Of a stretch of 64,000 bases of DNA, positions 10,813 through 23,849 are shown piece after piece. This DNA is from Phaeosaccion multiseriatum (lineage: Eukaryota > Protista > Ochrophyta, other classes). Made by a program: the position numbers and the translations under genes. The stretch lies in assembly GCA_965112735.1 (NCBI GenBank), contig OZ218950.1, positions 3,286,001-3,350,000 on the forward strand, written 5' to 3'. Position 1 is the first letter of the stretch. Each line of letters starts with the position of its first letter. The notes beneath the pieces are model-generated. The model worked only from the letters and a program-made list of their open reading frames with translations, had not been told where the DNA came from and made no database searches.

Positions 10813-12709
10813 TTGTTGTTGCTGCTATTGCTGTTGCTGGTCTTCCTGACGTGGGCTGTGCTTGAGACAAGTGCCGTGTTGGCGAGCACAAAGGAAAATA
10901 CCTTCTTTTGCCCCCGCACAAAGCGCTCTTCTTCCACAAGAGGAGACGTCGAGCACTGATGCAAGAGCTCACCATCCCCCATGCGGAGCCACTTCCCACC
11001 ACCGCACAGCAGGGCGGAGATGGCCAGAGATAGGAAGGAGGGGCAGGACAGAGAAGTCAAGAGATGCAAGAACAAGAACAGGGCCACCGAGTGGAAGACA
11101 ACAGACAATAGACAGTACGTAAGTATTCCCATGGGGTGGGCGGAACAGGCGCGGCGCGTCTCGTCAGAGAGTGTGTGACAGAAGGAGAGATGAGAGCAGG
11201 AGGAGCCCTACGAGGCTGGTCACATCCCGCCCTCCCTTCCCACCCCGGGTCAGCCCTGCTCGCCCACACCAGGACCAAATGCACAATACTACAAAGAAGG
11301 TTGACAGTCAGGCACCCTCTCCAAAACCGGCAGTCAAACAAATCGTCTCACCGCGTTGCAGGCCCTCCTTATCCAGGGGTCTATGGTAAAGGGCTGCACT
11401 TCGAGCATCATGCCGCTTCGGCCCCTCCTCCTTGACCCTGTCCTTGTCCTCCTCTTGCTGGCCGCGGTACTACTGCTGTTGCAATCCGCTCCTGAGCTAC
11501 AAGGCGAAGCAGAAGTAGACGTAGCCAAGGCCATCGTAACACTGGCACTCGCACCTTGCCGAGCGGGAGCTGCTGCGAGGCTAGGGTCAGCGTTAAGGCT
11601 GCTACAGAAGGCTCTTCTGCAGCCCTCCCGACGATTGCCGAGCAGTGCAGTCTCTCGCAGAAGGGCGCCAGGACCTCGCGCGTCTTCTTCAAAGTACGCC
11701 GGCAGGGGAACACCGCTGTCGAGGCATACGCTCACGCCTCTCTTCACCGGACATGCCACACCTCCTTGGGCACCTATTGCTGCCTGTGTCTCTGGTGCAG
11801 GCGTGCCATCGCCTTGAACCCTGCGAGTGGCATCTTCCTCGTCGCTCGAAGCCGCTGCTGCAGGGTGGGGAATGGTAGTAGAGTTGAGGGGGCCCATACA
11901 AGCCACGCACAGGTGGATTCGATGCCGCGAGATGTGAAGTCTACCCTCGGCGGGGGGAGGGGAGGGGAAGAGACGAGACATACGAAGGAATATTGCCGCG
12001 GAGGGGAGAGGGGTGCAGGGATATCAGCTTCAGCTTTAGTCACTTTCGGCCGTATGCCGATAAGTCCTCTTTCGGCCAAGCTCTTCCTTCACATTCTTAA
12101 AACGAAACAATCTCCCTACCTTGTGAGGAGCGACGCTCCAAGAACCAGGGCCGAGTCTTCCATGTAGCCGCCTACGATGAACGCTTCCACAACAGGAATG
12201 GGTGATGGCAGCACATCTGCGGTCCCTCCTCCCGCAGCTTCCCCACCATTGTCGACGGTGATTTCGTCCAGCCAAGTCTCCACGTCCCGGAGGCAGGTTG
12301 GGCTGTCTATGTGAGCCACGGCCGCCCTCCGCGTCGACGGGCAGCGCAGGACGAGGATGTGGCAGGTAGTGGCGCAGTCCGATCCTACTGCACCCACGAC
12401 ATCGGAGCTGAGTAGCATCACCTCGCCCTGTAGAGAGTAGGCGAGCCTATCCTTCCGCGCCTGCGTGCTAGACACTATCAGTGAAAAACGTGGTCTGTGC
12501 ACGAAGTAGCCCCCAGTAAGTAAGCTTACCTGTTCGTAGCCAATAACGACAGTCCGGTGAGAAGAAAACTTCTTCGCCCAAGCCTGTATGGCAGGTCTCG
12601 CTAGCACGGCGGAGTCATCGGCCGGCATCTCTTCAAACGCGCCCGGCGGCCAGTGACAGTCATAATCAAGGCCTTCCGGAGGCAGATCGCTGGGCACCAG
12701 CAAGACCAT
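10539..12709 (-). CDS. NTAN1: Protein N-terminal asparagine amidohydrolase (N-degron pathway)
   Basis: Exons 12709-12530, 12460-12120, 11940-11352 and 10991-10539 with consistent phases. Motifs VGSDCATTCHILVLR, AVAHID, FIVGGY, RGPGALLR, LEVQPF and WLRMGDGELLHQCSTSPLVEEERFV match NTAN1 GSDDATTCH, RGP..LR and STSP..E...FV. Confidence 0.9.
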
Positions 12710-12892
12710 CGTCACGTAGGCAAAAGGACCATGAAAGGCAAAGAGCCAGTGTACATACAAGAAGGAGAGAGAGCGAAAGGAAAAAAAAGGAAAAAAGAAG
12801 AAAAAAAAAAAGAAGAAAAAGACTTTAGTTCCCGTGTTGTTATCCGACTTGGCGACTACCTTCTCTCCCCGTCTAGCCGCCAGACAGGCTAA

Positions 12893-14472
12893 ATGATTGT
12901 ATCGGGGGCAGCGAGGGCTGCTGGGCGAGGTCTTCGCAAGGCCGGGACTGATACAGCTCCTTCTCTGCTCCGGGCTGGCTGCAGTAGCTGGAATGGGGCA
13001 AGCGACCAGGTGACAACAGTTCCTGTGGCTGCTTCTTCCCCAGCTCCGGCTCCGGCTGAGACAAGCGTGAATGGCAGTAGCACTGGCTGCAGCGACAATC
13101 CAAGGAGAATGGTCGCGGATTCGATACGAGCTCGACGAGACACACATCAGCAGCGGCTGCGGCGGCCACTTAGGAGCCGCCCCAGAGTAACTCCCAACAC
13201 ACTGAGCATGATTCAGTTGACGGAGCTGCAGCAGCAGCAAAGGCTTCAACGAGGATTGTCTCAAAGAGAGGAGCAGCCCAAACGTGTGAGATCAGCTGTC
13301 AGAGGTTTGATGGAGAGACGCAAGGCCAGAGACCAGGGTGTGGACTCCGTCACTGAGGCGAGCGCAGAGCGGAAGAGGGCCGCCACAAAACACATCAGAG
13401 CTTTAATTGACAGCAAGACATGGGCCGGGATTTTTTCTCTGTTCGCAGCTGCACGAACAGAAGGCATTCGCTTCGGCCCAGAGCAGTACGACCTCGCCAT
13501 TCAAGGCATCGCTGGCATCCATCAGTGGCTGCCCACCCTTCAGCTGCTCACAGAGATGCATGTGTACGGACTCCGACCAGAGGCCAAAACCGTCCGCCAG
13601 ACACTCTATTTGGTGTCTCTGGCCCTCAGGGTTGAGGAGGCGGCCGGCCTGCTCGAGGACATGACGAGGATATGGGACATTCAGTCCGACTGTCGGGACT
13701 GTAGCCGGGTCATGGGGGCGTGCAGCAAGGTGCGAAACTATGAGTTGATGATTGAGGTCTTTGTCGAGCATCTCTGCCGCTTTCATCAGTACGAGGAAAG
13801 ACAGAAGCAGCTTCGAAAGGACGAGCTTGACGAGCAGCAGGAGCAGCAGCAGGAGCAACGTGCAGGGCCGCCCCTGGTTGGAGACAGGGTTGACTCTGAC
13901 GCTAACGAAGCACTGGATCCCTTTGTCTACGGCAAGGTCCTGACTGCCTGTGCCAAGACGGGCAACTTTGAAATGGCGGTGAGTCTGCTAGACGGTATGC
14001 AGGCCAACGGAGTTAGTCCGACCAACTATCACTTCGGGCCTGCCATTGACGCGTGCGCAAGGGCCGGCCAATATGGCCACGCGATGCGGCTTCTTCGCTC
14101 CATGCCAAGCCTCGGGCTGAAGCCGTCGGAGGTCACCTTTGGGGCCGCCATCAATGCGTGTAGTCAGGAGGGGGAGTACGAGGCCGCCGTGCAGTTGATG
14201 GAGGACATGAAGACCATGGACGTACGGCCCACAGTCGTGCACTACACTACAGCCATGTTGGTCTGCGGAAACGCAGGGCAGGCGGAACTGGCCATTGGGC
14301 TATTGGAGAAGATGCAGGCGGAGGGCATTCAGCCCAACAACTTTACGTGGAGTACTGTCCTCAGCGCCTGCAGCAAGTTGAACCTCCATGACAGGGCAAT
14401 GGACGTGTGGAATGACTACAAGAAGAAGCGGGCCGAGCAGCGAGCAAGGTGGGCCGCGAGAGAGTCTACTGC

Positions 14473-14504
<32 letters not shown>

Positions 14505-15487
14505 ATGAAGCCACCGCAGCTCATGGCGAGGGTGCAGTGGAGAAAGCGGCAGCACAAACAGGGTCTGAGGTGGAGCCGCTGGAGCAGGAGATGGTACCCA
14601 ACGAGGTTTTGTATTGTGCGGCGATGAATGCGTGCGCTCATGTGGGCGACCCGGACGAAGCTTTGGCGCTGCTGGCAGAGATGAAGGACAACAAGGTCAC
14701 CCCGAATGTGCTCAACTACAATGCCGTGATGAACAGTCTCGCCAAGGCGGGGAGGGCCAAGGAAGCGGTGGCCCTCCTGCGCAAGATCCAAGCGGAGGCC
14801 GATGCAATGGACGCTGCCAGGGAGGAAGAGCACCGGCGTCAAAGGTGGGACAGGGAGCAACAGCAGCACCAGCAGCAGCAGCAAGAGAACGGCGGTGCGC
14901 AAGAACACAAGGAAAGAAGGAACAACGATCGGCGGCAAGGCAGGGTGACCCACCGTGGGCATGAGTGGCACAGCATTCGTCCTACTTCAGTGTCGTACAA
15001 TACGTGTGTTGATGGTGTGTTGAAAGAGGGTGACTTCGCTACAGCTTGCCTCCTGATGGCGGAGATGAAAGTCAATGGTTTGGGGCCGACGCAGGTCACG
15101 TACGGCAGCTTCATGACCGCCGCTGACCACGGAGCGGCGGACGACCGAATGGTGGACACGCTGTACGAACAAGCCGTTCTGGATGGCGTATGCTCCCATT
15201 GGAAGTATTGGGGCGAAGCGATCGACTTGCATGAGTGCGGCCTGAGCAGAGCCAAGGCGATCCTTCGCTACGTGCTGGTGAAGGAAGGCGTGCGCACCAA
15301 GGAGCTCGTGGTCATTACGGGGAGAGGCATCAATAGCGAAGGGCAGGAGCCCATCCTCAAGCCTGCGGTGATGGAGTATGTGCGGCAAGAACTGCGCTTG
15401 CCCGTGCAGGAGTCTTTGATCAATCCTGGGAGGATCATCATCGATTGTGAGGGGTTCGTTGGGATCCCGGATGGGGTAGGACGGTAG
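12893..15487 (+). CDS. Pentatricopeptide-repeat protein with a C-terminal SMR domain (PPR-SMR)
   Basis: Intronless 864-aa ORF with many 35-aa PPR motifs (e.g. TFGAAINACSQEGEYEAAVQLMEDMKTMDVRPT) and SMR motifs IDLH, VVITGRG.NS and NPGRI. Confidence 0.93.
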
Positions 15488-16291
15488 GACAGTGGAATAA
15501 GTCAGTCAGTTAAAACCGATAAAAGGCCGCCTCTGGCGTGCTCCAGACTCACAACAAAACGACCAAAGCGATTTGGGATTTGCTCGCTCTTTTCAAATGT
15601 TGTTGATTCAGTACTTTTCATTTTTTAGAGTGGCGAGGCCTACTCTCAGCCTATCTCGTTTTGTACGTTCGCTGAGCTGCACAACACAAACCCACAAGCC
15701 TCGGCATTGAGAAGGAAGAACAAGCTCCTTTCGGATAAACATTCCACTTCTCTCCGCGCGGCTGTTTGTTTGAGAACGCGCTTGCGCTATACCTCCTACC
15801 TACCTACTGAATTCTCACGACACACACACACATGCACCCCGATAACCTCTGTTATCCCCTCTCTCACGACCCCATCCATCACACACTACAAACTACAGGA
15901 AACACACCAATCTGTGTAATACGAAAAAGAACAATGAGTGAAAAATATGGAAACCGGGCATCGCAAGGCAAAAACGCCCCCCCGTTCGACTCATCCTGAT
16001 GCCCTACCAAGCCCCCCCCCCCCCCCCGCGCGCGCACCCCCCCCCCCCACTCTCTCCCTTCCCCCTTCCTCGCGCTTCTTTCCCGCCGCCTTTGTTACCA
16101 ATTTATAACCATCGCGTGCTACCACACGCCCCGCTGCTCCCGCTGCTGCTGAATTGTCGCCAACCCCAGCCAGCTCAGCCGTATAATGAAAGACTTGACC
16201 AATCACACAAGACGCCCCAAATGCGCGCGAGTGTAGTCAATCAGTCAGTCAGTCGCCGTTCTTGTAGAGTGGACTCCTCTCCTCTCTCCCT

Positions 16292-19200
16292 CTAATAGTA
16301 CCCACGCATGATGGTGGGGTTGAGCAAAAATGGTCCGAGAATGTGCGAGCCTACGTACACGCCAATGGGCACGAAGACGCGAGGGTCCCATCCGACGTTG
16401 AAGAAGACAACGCAGGCGGCGAACCCTCCTCCCAGCAAGAACATGATGATGAACATTTGCCAGTAGCGCTGGAATGTTTGCCTCAGCTCCACGCCAAAGC
16501 TCTGAACATCGGCCTCCTTGACCGACGCTCCCCACTCAATCGTCATGTCGAAGAAATACCGGAAGCACACCACAGTCAAGTGCCAAAGCACGTGACTGAA
16601 GAACAGGAGCATGACGGGCGCGTTCTTGATCTGGTTGAAGAAGCAGTTGAAGATACCCTTCTTGCTCTCCTCTCCGGTACGGTAAGTAATCATGGCGGCA
16701 CCAAAGACGGACATGACTCCAAACACAAAACAAACCGTAATGAGGATATCGAAGGGGTTGACAATGAACTTGAGCGCGGCGGGGATGGCGATCCAGAAGA
16801 AGAGGTAGAGGATGATTCCGTAGATGGAGAAGGCCATGGCAATGTAGGTACTCAGGTAGGCAACCATGCGAATCTTGGCGGGCGCAGGCACGGTGCTGGC
16901 GGAGAGGTAGCTGCGGAACATCTTGGTGATGGGTCCTCCGCACGGCCAGTCCTTGAACTTGTTGAGCATGATCTCGCAGCTGCCGTAGGCGTACTTCTTG
17001 AGGCGAATCACCTCGTCCACAGCGGTCAGAGACACACCCTCCTGGAAACCGTCACCGGTGTAGCAGCAGTAGCGGCCAATGTAACCGTGAGTTTGCAGAC
17101 GGAGGGCCATGTCGAAGTCCTCGCTCACGTGCTTTTCTGACCAAAACTTCTTCTCAATGGAGCCGTCCTTAATGGCCACATCCTTGAGTGCCGACCATCG
17201 CAGGAACACATTGTGCCCCACCAGCGGGGCGGGATCTCCCGACGAGACAGCCATGGCGATACCGACGCCGTACACATCGTCGGTGAAACGGGCAATCATG
17301 TTCTCCCAGTAGTTGTCGTTGAGGCGCAGGGAAGTGGCCTTGCACTGCAGGAAGCCCACCTCCGGTGAGAAGTCAAACTCGCCCGTCACCTTGGCCAGAC
17401 AGTCCTCCGGCACACGCGTGTCCGAGTCCACGAGCAGGATGATAGCTCCCACGAGCACGTCTCCACCGCAGCGAGCCTCTCCATTGATCTCACTGTTGGC
17501 CATCTGTGGTTTGGTTGGTTGAGTGGTTGGTGTGGTTAGTTGGTTGGCGGTGGGAAGAGCCAGGGCAGTCGGCATGTGAAAATGGGCAGGGCGGGTACGT
17601 CGCCACCGAGGGAGGCAGGCACACACACTCCCTCTCTCTCTTGCACACAACATGCTACCACCGACTATCCTTGTCTATCTCACCTCGAGACCTTGCTCGG
17701 GGTCAACGGCCTTGCCCTCCTGGATGAGCTGCTCCACTCGGTTGCACATGGTAAGGCAGTAGTTCATGTTGGACGCCTTCTTGAACAGACCCGCTCGCTT
17801 TCGCTCAGAGGGGTGGGGCCGAGCGATGTAGCCGCATCCGTGTCTGAGCAAACGAGTGATCGAACAGGAGGGGGGGGGGGGGGAGGTCGTTTGTTTAGAG
17901 CCGGGCAAATGATAGGACAAGCAGCAGCTATTCGGGCTCATTTGAGGCACGTTGTCGGCAGAGGCGCACTGCGCACCTCCAATGCCAAAGACAGGGGCCG
18001 GGGCTCTCTTGTCGCCCCCTGTCCCTATCAACTCATCACCCTCCAACCCACCCATCCATAGCCTCCCCTCCCTCCCTCACCTCTTGTATGTGAAGATTCG
18101 CGAGTCCCTCTCCTTGGGGTCGATGACCGCGAGACCGTCGTCGCAAATCAAAATGTTGGCCTCTCCGCCCACTCGCTTGTAGTGCAGAATGGCAGACGTG
18201 AGCGACTGGATGGAGGGCAGGATGGTCTCGGATAGAGACTCCTTGTACACAGGCATCTGGATAGTGATGCGAGGCAGCTGCGCCGGCCGGGGCATGGGCA
18301 CGGAGCTAAAGTATTTTGAATTTTGCTGCATGTGCGCGATGGGTCCAAGGGCGTAAATGCACTGCGACACCAGGTAGTCAATGCTGAAAAGCATAAACAA
18401 GTAGGCGGCGGGGTAGTACGCCAGGGCGGCGCATCGCAGCCAGTAGCCGTCGTTGAGCGAGTCCCGAATGATGATGAAGGCCCTCCACCCAAGCGCGTAG
18501 CCAATGATGAGATGTGTGACAATCACAGTCATGTAGTTGATGTACGACTTGCCGCGAGCGTGGACAGGCGTCTCCTCCAGACCGTCCTCCACATCGATAT
18601 CCTTGGTCTCCTCCCCCCGCTCTGCCGCGAACTCCTTGCCGAGCTCCCCTAGTGCCTTGCTGCCAAAGCGGTTGTGGCCCGGGGTGGCGTGCCAGCCGGG
18701 TGGTGGGGACGGGGTGAGCATCTCGCCTCGCACATAGCCCTTGGGCTGCTGAGAGTTGGTCTTGTTGGGCATTCGCAGCGGGCTCACAATGTCGTTGCCG
18801 ACCTTGTCAATCAAGGTCACTTGGTCTTTCCTGGGAGGGGAGGAAAGAAGTGCGGTAGCAAATGTGTCAGGGCACAGCACGACATTGCACAAGAAGTGGG
18901 GTGGGAATGGCCAGCTTGGAAAACGTGTGGTCCACGGGCATTGGTGAGGTGGAAAGGGGCGTCTCAGCGCTAAAATTGTGGACGAGGGCACACGACAGGC
19001 ACAATGCATGCATTGCTAGCGAAGACAAGAAACACTCTCCCGGGATAGTAGGAGAGGAAAGCAAGACAGATGCCGACGAAAAGAAAGGCATAGACGATGC
19101 AATGATGTTTGCGGCCAACCGCGGAATTAGAGCGAGAAGAGGAGGCAGGCAGGTGAGGCCTGGGAACGAGAGATTCGAATGGTACCACCTCGCAACCATG

Positions 19201-19539
19201 CGTGGCAAGGCGCCAACTAAAAGTCTCCCCGACCCCGGCCCCCAAGTGCCCTCGCTCTTACCTATAGGCGTTGCTCGTGTCGTTGTTCGATGCGCTGGGA
19301 ACGGAGATTGGTGGCACCATCTCCTGTTCCCCTCCTCGGGATGTGCCTCGCCCGGCCGGGGCACCCGGCGCTTGTGGTGGCAGCTCTCCCGTTGATGATA
19401 GGTTTGATCTAGACGACTTCTTCTTCAGCTTCTTGCTGGACCTTGATGGGGGTGGGGGCAGCGCTGCATCTCCCCCCGCCGCTGCTTCCTCCACTACTGC
19501 TGCTGCCTTGGAAGCTCTATCTTTCTTGGACTTGCCCAT
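16292..19539 (-). CDS. Processive membrane glycosyltransferase family 2 (Glyco_trans_2_3, fungal-type cellulose-synthase-like)
   Basis: Exons 19539-19262, 18830-18081, 17843-17684 and 17503-16292. Motifs ITIQMPVYKE, ICDDG, RAGLFKKASNMN, LLVDSDTRVP, PLVGHN.FLRW, WSEKHVSEDFD and EGVSLT..DE..R..KYAYG. N- and C-terminal TM helices. Confidence 0.92.
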
Positions 19540-20419
19540 CCTGCCCCGTCTAATCTACCAAGCAGGTTGTGCTCCCTCTGGCCGCTGCCGGTGCCTGCCT
19601 CCCGGGAGGTTGTATATTCGGAAATAGGCTCAGCACGCAGTTCGCCTCAAAGTTTTGTTCTTCCTTTCCGGCTTCCGGCCGGAGGACCTCCTACTGCTGT
19701 CCACCCCTCCCCTTCCACGCCCCACCTCCTTCTTCTCTCCCCTCAATCCCCGGTCGCTCCTACTGTTGCTGCTGTACAGCGCCAGCCACTCGTCTCCTTT
19801 CTCTCCCACTCCTTTTCCCTGCTGACGACTGACTAACTTCTTCCGGCCCACGCTCTCTCTCTTCACGCCGGAACCGGGGACCGCAGCACAATCTACGGGA
19901 GCAACAAGTGCAAGACTACAAGACAATGAAGTGGCTTGTACAAGACAGAGTGGCCTTGACGCCCTATATTACACGGCAAAACAACTCTAGGAATTGAGCG
20001 AGGGACGCACACATCACGTTGGGCCAAAAAATAGCCCCCGGGGGGAAAACCGAAGCCAAACTGGACAGTAATCATGCGGTTATTTGGCGGTTTTTTTACG
20101 CTCGTTATTGTACCGACGAAACCGGCCGAAGTTGGATACAGTGTACTGTACGGCACTGTTGCCAGCGCCCGGGTATATAGGTCGCAGCAAAAGGGCAGGG
20201 TTGGGAGCTTCGGAGCTTACCCCCACCACCAGGTGCAGTCGAAGCCAAGCCCTCTGGGAAGATGGCCTCTCCCTGGGCCCCTCTCCCTCGGCCTCGAGCG
20301 CTCGAGCCTTCCAGCGAGGGTGAGAGGAGGTGCGATTTCAAGGGGAGCCTGCTCTGGAGCGATGGACGATCGAGCGAGCAGGTCAGCTCAGCACAATGTC
20401 CAATACCGGATCAATGCTG

Positions 20420-20450
<31 letters not shown>

Positions 20451-20608
20451 CCACGTACGCACGTACGCACACGTACGCACGCACACACAGAGTCGGCCGA
20501 ATAGAGCACCCAATACTTCTACTTTTAGCTGGCGTCCAGGCGTCCAACTTTTGAGTGTCGCGAAGCTTGTCGGGGGCCGAAGAGCAAAGGCGAGCAGGGA
20601 GGCCATTG

Positions 20609-20760
20609 TCGACCCCTGACACGCTATCCGCTATCCCCTATCCGCTATCGCCGGCGCCCGCCGGCTTTGGGGGGGGGGGTTGTGGGGGCGTGCTATCCGC
20701 TGTCGCCGGCGCCAGCCGGCGCGCTATCGAGAAAGTGGGCGATAGCGTGTCAGGGGTCGA
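20609..20760. mobile_element. MITE with 20-bp perfect TIRs and a ~9-bp TSD (Mutator-like size)
   Basis: TCGACCCCTGACACGCTATC (20609-20628) and GATAGCGTGTCAGGGGTCGA (20741-20760), flanked by AGGCCATTG and AGGCCATGG. Internal GCTATC repeats. Confidence 0.85.
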
Positions 20761-20795
20761 AGGCCATGGAGCAGTGGAAGCTGTGGGCACGTGCA

Positions 20796-23256
20796 TCACT
20801 GGCGCTTTCCGCGCCTCGCCCCGGCCCCTCCTCCTCTTCTGTCAGCGCCCCGCCCGCCCCCACGCCTCCGCTCTTTCCCGCCGCCTCTGGTTCTCTGCCT
20901 CCGCCCCTCCCCACGGTCCCCCTCCTTCTCCTCATCGGTGGCACTGCCGTCGGAGAAGTCGTCGTCCTCCACGTCAGTGAGGGCGTTGCGGAGGAACTTT
21001 CTCTTCAGGAGCAGAAGAAGATTGTTCGGCGCGCCGTGATTGGAGGGAGAGGAGGAGGGGGGGGTGGGGATGAGACGATAGGTTAAACGCCACGGGGTCA
21101 GACGACCTCATCGTCACGAGGGGCAGTCAACTCAGGCGGCGCGCTCCCTCTGAACGCTCACAGCAGCAATGCAGTAGTTACACGAGGGGGCCAGAGGGCA
21201 GTTTCAATTGTTACCCACATTGTTCGCATCTGCGTTGATGCACTGCAAAGGAGTGTCCCCCAGGTGGTCCTTCTCTCGCGGCCTGCTGCCCTCGGCCATC
21301 AGTAGGTAGACCTTCGTCGACGGGAGGGGCAAGAGAGCAAGGGCTATTGGAACACGCAGATAGAGACAGGCAGCTCGCTCGGGCCGGGAGCAGCATTTTT
21401 TTCTTCCACTTCTAAGAAAATACTAGTTTTATAACCGCTCATTACAAGTCGCCCCTTTCGAAGCAAAGGCGCATGCAAGACAGATTTACCCCCTTAGGGA
21501 CAGGAGGCCTTACCACGTCCAAGTGGCCCATCACCACAGCAATGTGCAGCGGCCCCCAGCCGTTGATGCGCTCCTTCTCATTGACAAACTCCTCCCCGAG
21601 CAAGGCGACTTTCTCCTTCCCCTCATCCCCATCGTCGTCGTCTCCTGCCTCCGCCTCCAAATAGCGTCGATGCTGAAGAAACAATGGTGGAGGGGGAAGG
21701 CGGGGGGCATATTGGGGCCAGCAGCATGCCGCGGAAAGACAGTGTGTTCAGCTGTTCCCCTTTCTCTTTCTCGCTCTTTCTTGAACCCTCCATCCCATAC
21801 TTTCATGACTCCTCCATCCCTCCCGTCCATCTATAGCCGTGCGCTCTCCTGCCCTGTCGCCCTTCAGCTCGTCCGCACCCATCAACGAAGGCCTCGCCCT
21901 CCATCCCTCCCTCGCTCCCTCTCTTACCTCTCTCAGGACGAGGGCTACGCAATCAAGGTCACCCTTGGAGGTGCTCCAGTGCAGGGCCCCCCAGCCGTGC
22001 TCGTCCGTTGACTGAAGCACTTGCTCCCCGTGCCGGCGAAGGAACCCGGCCACTGCGTACACATTGTTCTTCATCACGTGCTTGCGAAAGACGCTGGAGG
22101 TGGGGGTGAGAGCAGAGCCCAGTGAGGGAGGGAGGGAGGAGGAGGAGAAGAAACAGGAGGGAGCAAGGTCGTCGTGGGAGGACGAGGTGTGAGGAGGACG
22201 GGTGCTTCGCGTGATCGCAATCCGCACTTTCGAGCTCACCTCCCATCACACTCGATTCGTGAAAAGGACACCGAGACTCTCTCCTCTGCTCCCCCCCCCC
22301 CCCCCGTTTCTCCCTCTCTCTCCATCCGACCGTCGTCTCACCTGATCGGCTCGGCAGCAGCTTCTTCTTCTCCTTCTGCTTCGCCGTCCCCCCTGTTGCT
22401 TTTGTCCCGGTCGTAGCGAGAGAGGTCCACCCTTGGTCGCCTCCTCGCTCGCAGCGCTCGGACCCTCTTCCTCTCCTTCTCGTTTCCCTCTTTCTTCAGC
22501 CTCCTCCTTCGCTCTTCCTCGCTCTCCTCTTCATCGCTCGCCTCCGAGAAGTGCACTTGCCTGGACGGGGCTTGCGCTTCCTTCACTGCCTGATGGAGAA
22601 TGCCCTCCACCGCTTCCGCCGACGCCAAAGGACCTGTAGACTCCGCCGCGTCCTGTGTGGAGTCAGAGGGATGGTCCCAGTACAAGAATTAGCTCTCCTT
22701 TTTATTTCTTTGTTCTTACTTCGTAGTACTATACTTGCAACCAACCTGAAGAATATCTGCAGTCTCCTCCTTCACCTCCGAGGCTGCATCGTGTAAGGCA
22801 CAAGATAACAAGGGCTAGTGAGGTACACGGGACTTACGCACAAACGAGCTATCGGACCGGAGTGTATCAAAATTCCATACCTGCTGTGATCAAATCTCTC
22901 TCAACTGCTTGAGCGGCTTCATCCCCCGCCTCTTGCAGCGTCTCCAAAGCGTCCTCCTGCTGAGCGGCAGCCGCTTGCCTAAGGGCATGCCCTGTCCCTC
23001 TTGCAGCTGCCGGCTCTTCTTCTTCTTCCATCTGGACGTCAGCTGCCACGCCCGCCAGGACGTCAGCCACGGCAGCAGCATTCCCTCTTTTCTTTTTCTT
23101 TCCATTGAAACTGGCCGCAGCTGCTGCCGCCAAGCCTCTTGCTCCTGCTTCTGCCGCGGCTTCTGAGGAATGCTCTACATCTTCCTCCTCCTCCTCCTCC
23201 TCCTCCTCCTGTTGAGCAACGGCTTCTGCTGCTGCTGCCAATCCACCAAGAGCCAT
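20796..23256 (-). CDS. Ankyrin-repeat protein with an acidic/coiled-coil N-terminus
   Basis: Multi-exon. ANK motifs DEHGWGALHWSTSKGDLDCVALVL and INGWGPLHIAVVMGHLDV|VYLLMAEGSRPREKDHLGDTPL. Last exon RKFLRNAL...RRGKRQ* ends at 20796. The start (MALGGL at 23256) is tentative. Confidence 0.75.
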
Positions 23257-23376
23257 TTCAACCTCCCCAACCAATACCTCCAACGACTGCTCAAGCAGGG
23301 GTGCTTAGGCCTGGGCCATTGACTTTGTCCTGAGTAAGCTCGATTTCACGATACAAAAAGGGAAAGTGATAACCCT

Positions 23377-23812
23377 ATGATGAAGAGACCACGGAGCGCG
23401 CTGAAGGAGGAGCAGAGGAGGAGGCCTGTCGGGGTGGCAGCGGCTCTTCTTTGGTGCTACCTTCACAAACTTGCTGATGCTTGGGTTGGCCCAGCGAACT
23501 GGGGCTGCACGTCTCAAGAGGGCATGCACCTGCGCCGCAGCGGCAGCGTTGTCACCTCGGGCACTTTCGATTCTCGCGGTGAAGCTGATAGGAGGAGTCT
23601 TCGCCGAAACAGCAGCGGACAGAGTGGGGGCAACCGCAGACAAAGGTCGTCATCGCACGCCAGAGTAGGGGGGGAAACGGAGGCACTCGGAGTTGGAGGA
23701 ACGGTTGGTGGCCCGGCCAGACGTAGGTTCCTCGGATCAAGTGGGTCGCGGTTAGGGGTGCAGAGGGTAGGAACGATGGCCGTAGTACCCGCAGCAGCAG
23801 CAGAATCAGTAG

Positions 23813-23849
<37 letters not shown>

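Noticed and set aside
10343-11002. 219-aa minus-strand ORF containing MSDGRDY
   Set aside because: It is an alternative frame over the last NTAN1 exon and its poly-Ser repeat.
15524-15641. Weak inverted repeat AGGCC..TCT / AGAG..GGCCT downstream of the PPR gene
   Set aside because: Too degenerate to call, with no TSD.
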